DNA from: an uncultured Eubacteriales bacterium
GTDB lineage: Bacteria; Bacillota; Clostridia; Lachnospirales; Lachnospiraceae
Length of the DNA stretch: 64,000 nt
Reading direction: 5' to 3'
Assembly (NCBI GenBank): GCA_900319795.1
Contig: ONPU01000007.1
Location: 8,763 to 72,762, forward strand
In this document: positions 49,701-57,805 of the stretch, piece by piece
Layout of the letters: each line of letters starts with the position of its first letter
Position numbering within the stretch: position 1 is the stretch's first letter
Notes under the pieces: generated by a model
Told to the model about the DNA's origin: nothing
Seen by the model: only the letters and a program-made list of their open reading frames with translations
Database searches by the model: none
Made by a program: the position numbers and the translations under genes

Positions 49701-52700
49701 TGAATTTTTCCGGTACGGCGAACGTGAAGGATAACACGTTGGGCGAGGGCACGAATGCGGTCGCCAGCAACGTCTATCTGGACCGGGACACCGAAGCGGT
49801 GATCAATACCTCCGGGATGAGCAACGGTGGCTATGTCGGCATTTATGTTCCCGGCGATAAGGCAGCGGAGCTGTTTAAAAACCGGGGAGATATCGGCGCG
49901 GAATTCGGTATCTGCTCGGGAAGTGCGACGACCATCGATCAATTCCATAACGACCGTGAGCCAAATTTGAAAGCGGTCGTCAATTCGATCGCCAAGCGGA
50001 TTTACTGGAGCAGCGGCGTCAATGTCAGGGTTAGATATTTGGCAAACTACGGCAGCAGTCTGCCGAACGGTTCCAACGGCGATAACAAATACAGCAAAAG
50101 CAATTACTATCCGGCCGTAGGCAATGCGGCGATCTCCCTGCTGGCCGATGAGCTGCGCGGTTCCGTCAGCAATCTGTCTGCTACGTCGGTATACGCGACC
50201 GCGCTGCTTCAGGGCGACAGCAGCTACGACCATTATCTGACGCGCATTCTATGGGAGGACGGCAAGTGGAAGGTGGAAAGGCGAGACGGTTCCAAGGCTG
50301 ATCTTGAAAACAAAGAAATCATCATCTACTACTCCGAACCGACCTATCTCTCCCTCGAGAACAATACGAATTTCGATTTTGCGCTGTCCGCGCTGACAGT
50401 GAATCTGGCGGGCGCAGATCGGAGCCTTCTCAACAGCACATCGACCACGGGCTTTGGTCTTGTATTTGCGGAAAACGGGGCCATTCAGGAACAGCTTCTG
50501 CCCGTATCGGTGAATGATGAAGGAAAGTATGTTCTGTCTGCCAACGGGGGGTCCGTCAACATCCTGATCCCCGGCGGAGGAAGCCGCAGCTACAGTCTGA
50601 CAGGGGATTTTGTTAACGGGTCCGGTAATGTGCAGTTGAGACGAACAGGCGTGACCGCAGAAAGTATTCCTGCGGATCAGCAGCTTGTTAGGACGGGTAC
50701 TACTGCGGCCAACAGCAGCACCTATGAGATCATTTTCGGCGAGGATAAGGCAATTTGCAAGATCTGGTGCGCAACACAGGCGGATGCTCAAAGTACCGAA
50801 TATGTGGCGAAACACGATTATACTGAGGGAACCTATTCAGGAACGACAGAGTACACCTTCTCCACGATGACGAAGGCGGTGGCTTTTGCGAAGAATCACG
50901 GTGTGAAGGGCGTCACCATCGAAATGCTGGTGGATTACCTGATGCCGGGAGGCGACGTGGTGCAGATCGAGAAGGCCGACGCGTTCCAGTCGGTCACGTT
51001 CACAACGGCTGTATCAGGCAAGTTCCAGTATCCCGGAACGGGTCGTGCCACGATCAGCCGCGGCATTGGCAACACGAATCCTCTGATCACTGTGGCGGGA
51101 ACTGTGGGAACCACCGGTCTGTCAACCGAGACAACCGTCAATGTGCATGACCTCGATTTCGACGGGAAGAACCTGGCCGGCAACTGTGAGGGCGGCGCGA
51201 TCTGCACGACAGATTGTAAGGTCGATGTTTATAACGCCGATTTTGTGAATTTTGTCGCTTATAACGGCGGCGCAATGTTTATTTGTTTCGGAACAACTAC
51301 GGATACGTCAGGAACGAAAAAATACAAATTCCCGGCTGGGTACAATGATACCAACGCAACCCTTACGGTCAAAAATGTAACTGTTGAAAACTGCAAGGCA
51401 ACTGTTAAATATCAAAGATCCGGCGGCGGAGCGATTTGGACAAACGCCAAGGTGCTTACGATTGGCAGCGCGACGGAACCCTGTACATTTACTAAATGCA
51501 TATCTGATGGCAGCAATATGCAGGGCGGCGCGGTATTCCATAGAATCGAATCTACCGATAAATTAGGCGGCGGCTCAAAAACTCCGTACTATGATAAATC
51601 CCAAACTCTTGTTTACCGCTGCAGCTTCAACGGTTGTAAAGCTGAGGCCGGCGGCGCTTTGGAGTCAGACGCGACGGATATCCAGCTTTATAACTGCACC
51701 TTTACAGGCTGCAGCACTACGAAAAAGGATGGCGGCGCGATAAACGTCTATATCTTCGAGCAGGATAGCACGATGGCTTATAACAGTATTCCCTCTAAGC
51801 TTTATTTGGAAGGCTGTACGTTTACCAGCTGTTCGGGATTTCGAAATGGCGGCGCAGTCCGCAGCATGGCAGTAGATAATCAGTTTGTGGAATGCACCTT
51901 CACAAATACAACTCAGACCGGCAGCAACAGTGGTAACAAAGGCGGCGGCGCGATCTACGTTTCCAACAACCGGAGCGTGACGACGACCGTAACTGACTGC
52001 GCATTCAATAGCGCTGTGTCAAATAGCGGTCCCGGCGGAGCCATCTGCACCTACTCCAAGGAGCTGAGGGTATCGGGGACCACGATCACCAACTGCCAGA
52101 GCAAGAACAGCAATGGCGGAGGTATTTATCATGCTGTTACCGCGACCTCATATGATGGTCAAGTGAACAACGTCGGCTCCTTTGCCTCTCTGACCGACTG
52201 CACCATCACCGGCTGCACAGCGTCGATCAGCGGCGGCGGGTTATACACGAACGCCTTTAACGCCAGGACTGTCACAAGCACCGAAGAAGCTGCCTATGAC
52301 ATTAACGCGGTCGCTGCCAATGCAGAGGAAGCTGTCAAGCTGCTCGATGGCTGCAGGATTGAAAACTGCAGGGCGAATAACTACGGCGGCGGCGTCTACC
52401 TGGACAGCGGCAGCATGTTTTTCGCAACGGTCATCAGCAGCACGATCAAGGACTGTACGGCAGCCTGGTCCGGCGGCGGTTTGTATAGTAAGGCTTCGTA
52501 CCTGACGATCGGGAAGAGCGAGAATGGAGCAAAATCGAGAATTGAGGGTTGTGTTTCAAACGCGTCAGACTCCAGCAAGACAAATGGCGGCGGCGGCATT
52601 TTCCATGACAGAGGATCATCTTTGGTGAATTTTGCGGACTGCACGATCGATGGATGTACGGCAGTGCGGGATGGCGGCGGCGTATGTATCAAAAATGCAG

Positions 52701-55700
52701 GCTCCGTGACGATGCAAAGGGCAGAGATCCAAAACTGTACGGCTACAAACGGAATGGGCGGCGGTATTTGTCATGATAACAGCGCAACCCTCGCCCTGAC
52801 CGATACCACTGTCAGCGGGAGCAAAGCCGGCAGCAAGGGCGGCGGTATCTACGTGAAGAAAGATCTGACGCTTGTGCGAACCATCATCGAGAACAACCAG
52901 CTTACGAACGACACCGTCGACAATGCCGCAGGCGTGTATATGACGGACGACGGCAAGCTGGTAGTCGGTGAGACATGCGAGTCAGTTGATAATTCTGCCG
53001 TTATGAATAACACAACACAAAACGGCGCGGCTTCCAACCTGAGACTGCCAATCAAGAACGCATCAGATCCCCAGAACAAAAACTGCGTCACCGTCCACTG
53101 CGGCCTCGGCGTCATCGACAGAAAGGGCGGCTACATCGGCGTCACCAATGCATGGAACGTGGGGACCCAGTTCGGCGTATCCAACATCACCGGCGACCCC
53201 ACCGGTCTGAAGGATCCAGACGGAGTGGTGAAGAATTCGGTGTTCAATGCGGACACCAGTACCCTCTACGGTATCATCTCCAGAACAGACGATACCCGGA
53301 AAAAGATCGTATGGGCTGGTCCGCCGATCTGTAAGATTACAGACGAGGCAGGAGAACTGCTGTATTTCAAACGCAACGGGTCAGACCCAGCCATCTTTGA
53401 CATTTTGGAGGATGGGAGTACAAGTGGCAGAACAAGTGCCTTCTCCCTGCTGAGAGGGACTCCGACTCTTTACTATGCACCCAGTACGGAAGGCGCAAAT
53501 GACGGTGCGCCGTATACCGGAACCAGCTTCTCCATAAAAATGCTGGTAGAGATGTATGAACTGACCAATCAGATTACCACGGTGAACAGCGCAGGGAAAA
53601 CCATCACGCTGACAACCGCAGGTAAGAGAGATTCGGACGGTTATCCGTTTGATAACTTCGCCTCCGGTACACGTTGCTCAATCATTCGTGGCTCCGGCGT
53701 GACTGGAAGCATGATGTTGGCCACCACCAATATGAAACTCCGAAATGTGCTTCTGGATGGAGGCAGTGTCATCCTAACCAATGACGGAGCGATTGTTCAG
53801 GTTGGAGGCACAGCAGACATAAGTGTTGAACTGCTATCCGATGCGGTGCTGCAGTATGGCAAGGCCGCGAACGGCGGTGCCGTGAGTGTTTCCAATGGTA
53901 CATTCAGCCTCAATGGCGGTCTGATCCGCTTCTGTGAAGCGACGGCTAAAGGTGGCGCGGTCTATGCCGCGAACAACAATACGGAAAAAGGCTTCCGCTT
54001 CGTTTCCGGCAATATCCAGCAATGTGAGGCGACAAGTGGCGGCGGCGTATATGTCGCGGATGGTTTGTTTAGCATGTCCGGTGGCTCCATCTACAGCTGT
54101 TCGGCTAGCGACAGCGGCGGTGGAGTGTTCGTTGCCGGAGGAAAAACCTTCAACATGTCCGGCGGCAGGATCGGCACTGACGGAGCCAATACCGCAGGTG
54201 AGCATGGCGGTGGCATTGCGGTAGGCGACAACGCTATTTTGAGTTTCTCAAAGCAGGTGAACATCTCCAAGAACACCTGCAATGGCAGTACCTGTAATGT
54301 GGAACTCAATCAGGACAGCACAACGGTAATTAACACGGATGGGCTGTACAGCCGTTCCTACGTTGGTGTATATGTCGCAGGTACTTATGTGCCGCTAACT
54401 GACGAAGATAAAGCGGCAGGTCGCGCACATAATGCGGGGGATACACCTCAGTACAGCATCCATGGTGGCCAGGGAGACCCCTTTGGCAGTTATACCGGCA
54501 GCTCCGCAAACCTGTACTGCTTCGTAAACGACCGAAACGGACTGAAGGGCGGCTTGATTCCAGAGACTGATCCCGGTTTTAGAGCAAACACAATCTACTG
54601 GATTAAGATCTTCTCCGTTGAGATAAGCAAGAAGGTCGAAACCAGTGAGAATGTGTCGAATGAAGTAAAGCAGGCTGCGGCTGATCAGGAGTTTACATTT
54701 GTAGTGCGGCTGTGGGATACTGATGAAAACGTCAGCGGGATAAAGGTTGCTGATATTGCAGAAGAGATCGCTGGGGCGCAGGCTACCGGAGAGAGCAGTA
54801 AATACGGCGATATTCCCTTTGAGGGAACCGGCAACATTATCACAGCTACGATTACATTGAAAAACGGCGAAACTCTCACAGCTGAGAACCTGCCGGATGG
54901 TCTCGGATACGATGTTACGGAACAGCCAGTTGAGGGATATGCTAATATCCCGATGAAGGAGACGGCAAGTGGCTACGAATTTGACTCCACGAAACCGATC
55001 AACTTCCAGCAAGGCAAGACCGGTGAGAACAAGAGCAGAACGGATATCAATCCATATGTCTCTACCGTGACATTCACGAATATTCTGGCAGTATGTAAGG
55101 TCACGGATGCATCCGGAAATCTGCTATACCGTAACAGTCAGGTTGCAAGTGATAAGCGGACACCGGCTGTTTATAAGGATCTGGAAGAGGCGTTTACGGT
55201 TGTAAATAACGGGCAGCTTTATCGCGACATTGGCAATGTCAGTTTTTCCGGTGCCTGCAGGATCGAGATGCTGGTATCGGAGTACACGCTGACATCTGGG
55301 CAGAGTATGGCGGCCAGCCGTGAGTTGACGCTGACTACAGCGTCAACAGGTGCAACAGATAACTTCCCGTACTCTGGCACAGGCGGCGTATCGACGATCA
55401 AACGCGGAAACGGGTTTGCTGTTGGCTCCATGTTGACGCTAAACGATAACAGCGACATGACCCTCACAAATGTCAAGCTCGATGGCAATAAGGTGGAGAC
55501 GGTGGCCACTGGTGGCCTAGTGTATGTTCCCTCCGGGGCAGAACTAACTGTGACCAACGGGGCTGCTTTGCAGAATTCTCGTACCACGGGTAACGGTGCC
55601 GGTATTTTCCTCGAGAGCGGTAGTCATCTGTATCTATCGGGTAATCCGACATTTGGCGGAACAGACACCGATGCATACGGCTATCTTTTCAACCAAGTTG

Positions 55701-56929
55701 GTAATTTTAAGGTTGGAGATCTGAAGGATGCAGCGGACCATTGGCTGAAAAACGGCGGTCAGGAGTACCGTGTAGCGCATCAGGACATATTCCTGGCTGA
55801 AACATCCGAGAATCCGGCGTCCATCATTTTGACAGGAGACTTGGCCGGTGCCGAAGGTTCCATTTGGGTATGGGCATCGAATGCGAATCATTACCAGATG
55901 CTCAAGCCCTTTGCAGTTGTTGATAACGGTGTAACGATCAATGACAGCACCTATTTGGTCTTCCGTAATGCACAAACTGATGACCTCTCCCTTTGCGGAG
56001 GCGACACCTACCTCACCGGTCAAACGGGTGATAACGCATCGTATCTGTACTGGACTGGTGGTTTTGATGTCTACTTTAGGAAAATTGATGGATTTGGAGC
56101 GGCTCTGGACGGTGCGATCTTTACGCTATATACGGATTCCGATTGTAATACCGCCTATCAGCGTAATGGCTCTATGGTGACTGCAATCTCAGCAGATGGA
56201 ACATCTGATCAAAACGCAAGTGGTCAGACACTGCCTAAAGGAACCACCCTGTTTGAAAAGATCCCAGCAGGCGTATACTACATGAAGGAGACTACGCCAC
56301 CGACAGGGTATATGAATGCACATCCTGATTCTACGGGGACGCTTGTACCCAACGTATATGTTCTTATCGTTGGCGAGGCTAATCTGAACACATGGGATGG
56401 GACATATACCACAATTGGCGCTGCTGCACAGTCAGCAAAGTATGCAGAGAGCGAAAGCTTTGGCAACTACGGTGTAAAGGACAAGAGTTACGCTATCTTC
56501 TTGATGGAGAAAGGGGCTCCTGTAACTACCCCCGACATCGCCAAGTACGGCATCATGAACACCAGTACAGCGGAGCGAAAGGCCATCCTGCGTAAGGTAA
56601 GCAATACCTACGCTTCGCTTGAAGGCGCAGTATTCGAGATCCTTCGCTATGACCATACGCTTGTGTCCAGCACGGATATCAACGGTGCCACGACAACATA
56701 CTTTACCAGCGGTGCAAGTGGTGTGTACTTCATTGACATGCTGCCCTTCGGAACGTATTACCTGCATGAGACAACAATACCTTCCGGGTATCAGAAGGTA
56801 ACCGCAGGTAATGATGGCAACTGGTTTATCCTAACCGTCAACGAAAACGGCGTGGGATATGAACAGGTGACCGATACGGGTACTGCAATCAGAAACACCC
56901 TTAGCCCGGTGGCGACAAAACCAAACTAA
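40778..56929 (+). CDS. giant secreted/surface protein (~5,380 aa): FSVY-ending N-terminal repeats, InlB-B/Flg_new repeats, GGAI(Y) beta-helix repeats, C-terminal SpaA/Cna-B domains
   Basis: Signal peptide MKNSIRVKLKKTISLLSACTLLFTS; P.R.GY.F.GW..LYAKW repeats; many NxA.NGGAIY; YYMKETTPPTGY and YYLHETTIPSGY. Confidence 0.85.
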   Translation: MKNSIRVKLKKTISLLSACTLLFTSVAPLAETMLVTNAYAAEEAMEIPDEEVTEIPEAPDYEEAAVEVPDAGSEAGDPEYPDEKQPDEAESSDSSEAVDDENAESDASLTAASSGSKKGIIYWNSDTPAVFLEGATDTVRVTVSAGIGAFPEGVAMKLKPADDEKTLSRIKKTVEKDGETKVADVLAVDITFVDAEGYEIEPAAPICVTMTDLTRTEIAGEIDQHGNEIRIEAEKPAESAEAASNEASEDAEQPDADENDIEIAAEDGTSASADGTALAVHIDEKGRGELLPTPTDIHIKWNEEEIEDNTKALQEVFADSSVIFEADQFSVYAIVYMEDNTETVSEIDTDDSEDTDGSDSGLAWPENTPSVFLEGDTDDVHVTVAAGVGVLPEGVTMSVSPVTDESVLDQIRTTAEDAGDEPVAFVQAVDILFYDADGNEVKPAGSVCVTMKDLTEGSDASPEGNVAVSLDSDGNGTLPETPEEIHIEWKDDEIEENTAVLQQVFADSTVIFETEEPGVCAIVTRTVTKTLEASDGNEYRITVTYDTSSGIPANAELKASEIKADDAAYENYVEKSAEAVGDVAENVTLARAFDISLVNPETGEEYQPDGSVKVTIELLNEDISGQENLNVVHFPGAYSEEPADGEVLENSLKEGAVEFETSGFSVYVVLCTTLRQTLTASDGNEYLVTATYDNTSGIPSDAELYVSEIKEGEAGYEEYVARSAAALGEKPENLAFARPFDITLKNPRTGEEYQPNKNVAVTIELLRDDLNSYASVDVVHIPDGVGEDAQVMDSTVYGESVEFETDGFSVYVLTGTDAVPRRTYEFYIWKNDTWAPYMFTSDAGAETSKQTVRNGEMPVVPNPTSDSDGKAFAGWYESIENSDPIAFANEPYDFLKPVTENEVVELYAQFKDYLYVVFHDQYSDDFGGFPIAGIRRGVPDGEGKVTVRISDLSTTYSGGSEMAFFGWSYKPITVPGASTDDYGDPVSKIDAEEIQISIDTPLYPIYRAVKWLSFWSGPTGSGSTYYPAQKYFDGVGPSSLPVPVREGYTFQGWYAGEMDGVGNVTYGSNPLSNTDGSLINGASDGGMSVYDGHLHLTTDTTLYAKWEETAAVSYSVQIVKVDGEGTETVEKTYAETGSPGTTINLEKYKYENIDGYLYNSYEGSLTVTADAVLKIQYTPYTSASTSTLTFRDSAKAETEDPIKTVNDVAAGADLMGHVPAESPVRNGYSFKGWFLDKSCTIPAPTVMPDHSLTLYAGWNVNWYLVRIDPNYGDFHGTGATWTWKTIESDLIQEYTQVTRDYVESSSGTYYYVKHDRAYYGYFDNEYYNDEPLERDAHYTNKPGEATEYKTFEEAPGVYSYAGWFEVLQDGTEVPYDFSKHVDHHTLIRLHWKKAGEYFIKYDAGEGTMDTGGKEAIDTNVYADNAQILIMRGAVAPDGYTFAGWSVKGDTSGTVYKQTDIFTLQSDYAISISGKETVTLEAVYVKLGTASIIYDFNGGTVDSSFDYGHPEEANTNLSMDVAADGKTATVSGIVNNSGFYLSNGIGLTMANAILKGWSNKKVYSASGSEAAFYELGPKTEEETTAKKGLYGVDTEEPITLYAVWEVKATYHLNVPDGEDSSLYNWGGTWDTTKYSEEGGNYYQTLYTGNSITEPAHVPGYTGTESKTFLYWATKDGDNYTAYDFSQPVTGALDLYAFWGVTQEITVHAVVASAETLVDATNTVGWGVENIEAGTAVTPLTETSHVAAPADYAFAFAAVSSNLDAVSITNEVTAIKYDSSSRKVLVQYRGESNFRVLGDNSDIYFVYYQRKELTIGNKEMGPSGVLTDVTGMSDGSTGSTSEALLGSYVMPTTGVDYLAVANAHSHTYTNYAFAVGRVDPKDGTQMNASDLSLITTAAAAGDAVPTLRIRNTWRGFEYATTTGDDAVWTNCGYAPELYVVYYEQKPTVIMFGEETVGLNTSTVIGKSFTFNLLVTQTTTNAQKQRKDGENWVDDGALVDVTSEVFNTAVAPNTPYILTTGEANSAILFYGTPAAGTQVGEEFAEGSNTYRYVATADSVTSQTAVITQTADPKFTTSINGTVQTAEPYSYTCTSDGNGGTKNVTFTNKHKAVEVEVHVARIEDGAIALHDDLRSTTDPTTYKFSLEIDGEANILTSLPSENVYSDTDYAFGAVVYGGDNGTSVTIANMGVASIAYASASGNTYELLLKDSGGIQLDELGTYKVYYLYYPMPKIQYVKQDGTTLSLIRGSTDGINPSTTITYGGATLKMNELDVVQDQRISMPLSGLHISQASSSTTFKMPPILDDETYQRYLAYSSIGVGSGLSSGQTQDVSELGSNISNGLEMYLKISNNALSWSFDGSDWTPMDDSQAIYAIYSESGYDLQLSKVVDTSVSGPNPLFTGRQFTVTIEPTGGNSFNKSQYEIEGYSTDSVSVVDGKLTLSVVDETKVKIHGLRRGGYTVMESNNDNFDLSAKSGPIVDNATTTETVTNSSFSITLDGEKQIVLTNKPKAICEVTTGDETDGVLFYTLSDAIQYIVDNISDGTANIEMLTDYVMPAADTLTIPSNAHITLMTATTGTQKYSGSGRAVISRSAELTSASMITNSGELKLINITLDGKSVSASEPMIHSTGTLTVDRGVTLQNAISSGNGGAIYATGTVSIIGTDALNLKNNQATNGGLLYYVGTGTVTISGGSITSNKSTDNGGVVYATGGTITVSGGTLSGNSAANGGVIYTENAVTEISGTASVSGNSAANGGVIYSTSGTITVSGGSVSSNSATANGGAIYAGTGSVTVSGGSMVGNRANGNGGAIYVGSGTVTVSGGTINGSSATNGGAVYTGSSNVTVSGGSVYGNTATTDGGAIYALSGGVNISGAATALYNNIVTNGNGGAIYAGSGAVTLADAKLYTNTAANGNGGAIYVDSGSVTVNSGIIGGDNGGNRAKNGAGIFIHTGSGTFTAGFINKNIASEGGAVGVGSTSARLNFSGTANVKDNTLGEGTNAVASNVYLDRDTEAVINTSGMSNGGYVGIYVPGDKAAELFKNRGDIGAEFGICSGSATTIDQFHNDREPNLKAVVNSIAKRIYWSSGVNVRVRYLANYGSSLPNGSNGDNKYSKSNYYPAVGNAAISLLADELRGSVSNLSATSVYATALLQGDSSYDHYLTRILWEDGKWKVERRDGSKADLENKEIIIYYSEPTYLSLENNTNFDFALSALTVNLAGADRSLLNSTSTTGFGLVFAENGAIQEQLLPVSVNDEGKYVLSANGGSVNILIPGGGSRSYSLTGDFVNGSGNVQLRRTGVTAESIPADQQLVRTGTTAANSSTYEIIFGEDKAICKIWCATQADAQSTEYVAKHDYTEGTYSGTTEYTFSTMTKAVAFAKNHGVKGVTIEMLVDYLMPGGDVVQIEKADAFQSVTFTTAVSGKFQYPGTGRATISRGIGNTNPLITVAGTVGTTGLSTETTVNVHDLDFDGKNLAGNCEGGAICTTDCKVDVYNADFVNFVAYNGGAMFICFGTTTDTSGTKKYKFPAGYNDTNATLTVKNVTVENCKATVKYQRSGGGAIWTNAKVLTIGSATEPCTFTKCISDGSNMQGGAVFHRIESTDKLGGGSKTPYYDKSQTLVYRCSFNGCKAEAGGALESDATDIQLYNCTFTGCSTTKKDGGAINVYIFEQDSTMAYNSIPSKLYLEGCTFTSCSGFRNGGAVRSMAVDNQFVECTFTNTTQTGSNSGNKGGGAIYVSNNRSVTTTVTDCAFNSAVSNSGPGGAICTYSKELRVSGTTITNCQSKNSNGGGIYHAVTATSYDGQVNNVGSFASLTDCTITGCTASISGGGLYTNAFNARTVTSTEEAAYDINAVAANAEEAVKLLDGCRIENCRANNYGGGVYLDSGSMFFATVISSTIKDCTAAWSGGGLYSKASYLTIGKSENGAKSRIEGCVSNASDSSKTNGGGGIFHDRGSSLVNFADCTIDGCTAVRDGGGVCIKNAGSVTMQRAEIQNCTATNGMGGGICHDNSATLALTDTTVSGSKAGSKGGGIYVKKDLTLVRTIIENNQLTNDTVDNAAGVYMTDDGKLVVGETCESVDNSAVMNNTTQNGAASNLRLPIKNASDPQNKNCVTVHCGLGVIDRKGGYIGVTNAWNVGTQFGVSNITGDPTGLKDPDGVVKNSVFNADTSTLYGIISRTDDTRKKIVWAGPPICKITDEAGELLYFKRNGSDPAIFDILEDGSTSGRTSAFSLLRGTPTLYYAPSTEGANDGAPYTGTSFSIKMLVEMYELTNQITTVNSAGKTITLTTAGKRDSDGYPFDNFASGTRCSIIRGSGVTGSMMLATTNMKLRNVLLDGGSVILTNDGAIVQVGGTADISVELLSDAVLQYGKAANGGAVSVSNGTFSLNGGLIRFCEATAKGGAVYAANNNTEKGFRFVSGNIQQCEATSGGGVYVADGLFSMSGGSIYSCSASDSGGGVFVAGGKTFNMSGGRIGTDGANTAGEHGGGIAVGDNAILSFSKQVNISKNTCNGSTCNVELNQDSTTVINTDGLYSRSYVGVYVAGTYVPLTDEDKAAGRAHNAGDTPQYSIHGGQGDPFGSYTGSSANLYCFVNDRNGLKGGLIPETDPGFRANTIYWIKIFSVEISKKVETSENVSNEVKQAAADQEFTFVVRLWDTDENVSGIKVADIAEEIAGAQATGESSKYGDIPFEGTGNIITATITLKNGETLTAENLPDGLGYDVTEQPVEGYANIPMKETASGYEFDSTKPINFQQGKTGENKSRTDINPYVSTVTFTNILAVCKVTDASGNLLYRNSQVASDKRTPAVYKDLEEAFTVVNNGQLYRDIGNVSFSGACRIEMLVSEYTLTSGQSMAASRELTLTTASTGATDNFPYSGTGGVSTIKRGNGFAVGSMLTLNDNSDMTLTNVKLDGNKVETVATGGLVYVPSGAELTVTNGAALQNSRTTGNGAGIFLESGSHLYLSGNPTFGGTDTDAYGYLFNQVGNFKVGDLKDAADHWLKNGGQEYRVAHQDIFLAETSENPASIILTGDLAGAEGSIWVWASNANHYQMLKPFAVVDNGVTINDSTYLVFRNAQTDDLSLCGGDTYLTGQTGDNASYLYWTGGFDVYFRKIDGFGAALDGAIFTLYTDSDCNTAYQRNGSMVTAISADGTSDQNASGQTLPKGTTLFEKIPAGVYYMKETTPPTGYMNAHPDSTGTLVPNVYVLIVGEANLNTWDGTYTTIGAAAQSAKYAESESFGNYGVKDKSYAIFLMEKGAPVTTPDIAKYGIMNTSTAERKAILRKVSNTYASLEGAVFEILRYDHTLVSSTDINGATTTYFTSGASGVYFIDMLPFGTYYLHETTIPSGYQKVTAGNDGNWFILTVNENGVGYEQVTDTGTAIRNTLSPVATKPN

Positions 56930-56940
56930 GCAAAACTAAA

Positions 56941-56990
56941 CAAAACAACACCTCCAGCTCATCTAACACGAGTTGGAGGTGTTGCTTTTG
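56941..56990 (+). terminator. Rho-independent terminator
   Basis: CAACACCTCCAGCTC...GAGTTGGAGGTGTTGCTTTT. Confidence 0.75.
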
Positions 56991-57146
56991 AGCACCGATT
57001 AGATAGAGCTAACCGAATAAGCATCAGTAACTGCGCATCGTAAATATGAAGTAAAAAACTCCATAAACTATTGACTGCTACTATGTTCATGTGGTATATT
57101 CCAATTGTCGGTTATGGAGTGTAAAACTACAGAAAGGATCTGCACG

Positions 57147-57773
57147 ATGAGACCGAGACTTGATGGGCGAAAAGTACTCATCCGGGAGTTTATCCAGCAG
57201 TTTTACTTGGAGAATGACAAGCTGCCCAGCGAAAAGGATATTGTAATCGGCACGGGTATTCCGTCGGCGTCTGTCCATCGTTACCTCGTTCAGATGAATG
57301 AGGACGGTGAACTGACCTTCGGAGGGCATCGCAGCGCCCGGACAGAAGACCTGGAGCATGTCAGCCCTAAGAAGGTCATGCCCGTGCTGGGGTATGTTGC
57401 ATGCGGACCCGGCGAAGAAGAGGAAGAACAGTTCATCGAGTACATCCATATGCCGGAATGCATGGTAGGAACAGGAGATTTCTTCGCTCTGATTGCCAAG
57501 GGTGAGTCTATGGTTGATGCCGGAGTTCATCCGGGTGATTATGTGATCGTAAGACGGCAGCAGACGGCGGAGAACGGTAATGTTGTTGTTGCCTTGTTGG
57601 AGGGGAAGAACAATCTGAAGGTTTTTATATATGATGATAACCAGGTAATCCTACGATCCTGTAATGAGGAGAAAACGGAGGACTACCCGGATATTATCGT
57701 AGGCGAGGATGAAGAACTGCGGATTCAGGGACTGGCCGTAGGTGTATATCACAAGTTCGGGAAGATAATATAA
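57147..57773 (+). CDS. LexA-like S24 peptidase repressor
   Basis: PSEKDI..SVHRYL HTH, VACG cleavage site, GESM and NNLK catalytic residues; AGAAAGGA RBS; TTGACT-N18-TATATT upstream. Confidence 0.85.
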   Translation: MRPRLDGRKVLIREFIQQFYLENDKLPSEKDIVIGTGIPSASVHRYLVQMNEDGELTFGGHRSARTEDLEHVSPKKVMPVLGYVACGPGEEEEEQFIEYIHMPECMVGTGDFFALIAKGESMVDAGVHPGDYVIVRRQQTAENGNVVVALLEGKNNLKVFIYDDNQVILRSCNEEKTEDYPDIIVGEDEELRIQGLAVGVYHKFGKII

Positions 57774-57805
57774 AAGCGGAGGCGTGAAAACCTCCGCGGA
57801 TATGA

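Noticed and set aside
40778-56929. Diversity-generating retroelement acting on the giant gene
   Set aside because: No reverse transcriptase and no adenine-specific TR/VR pair seen; internal repeats differ at all base types.
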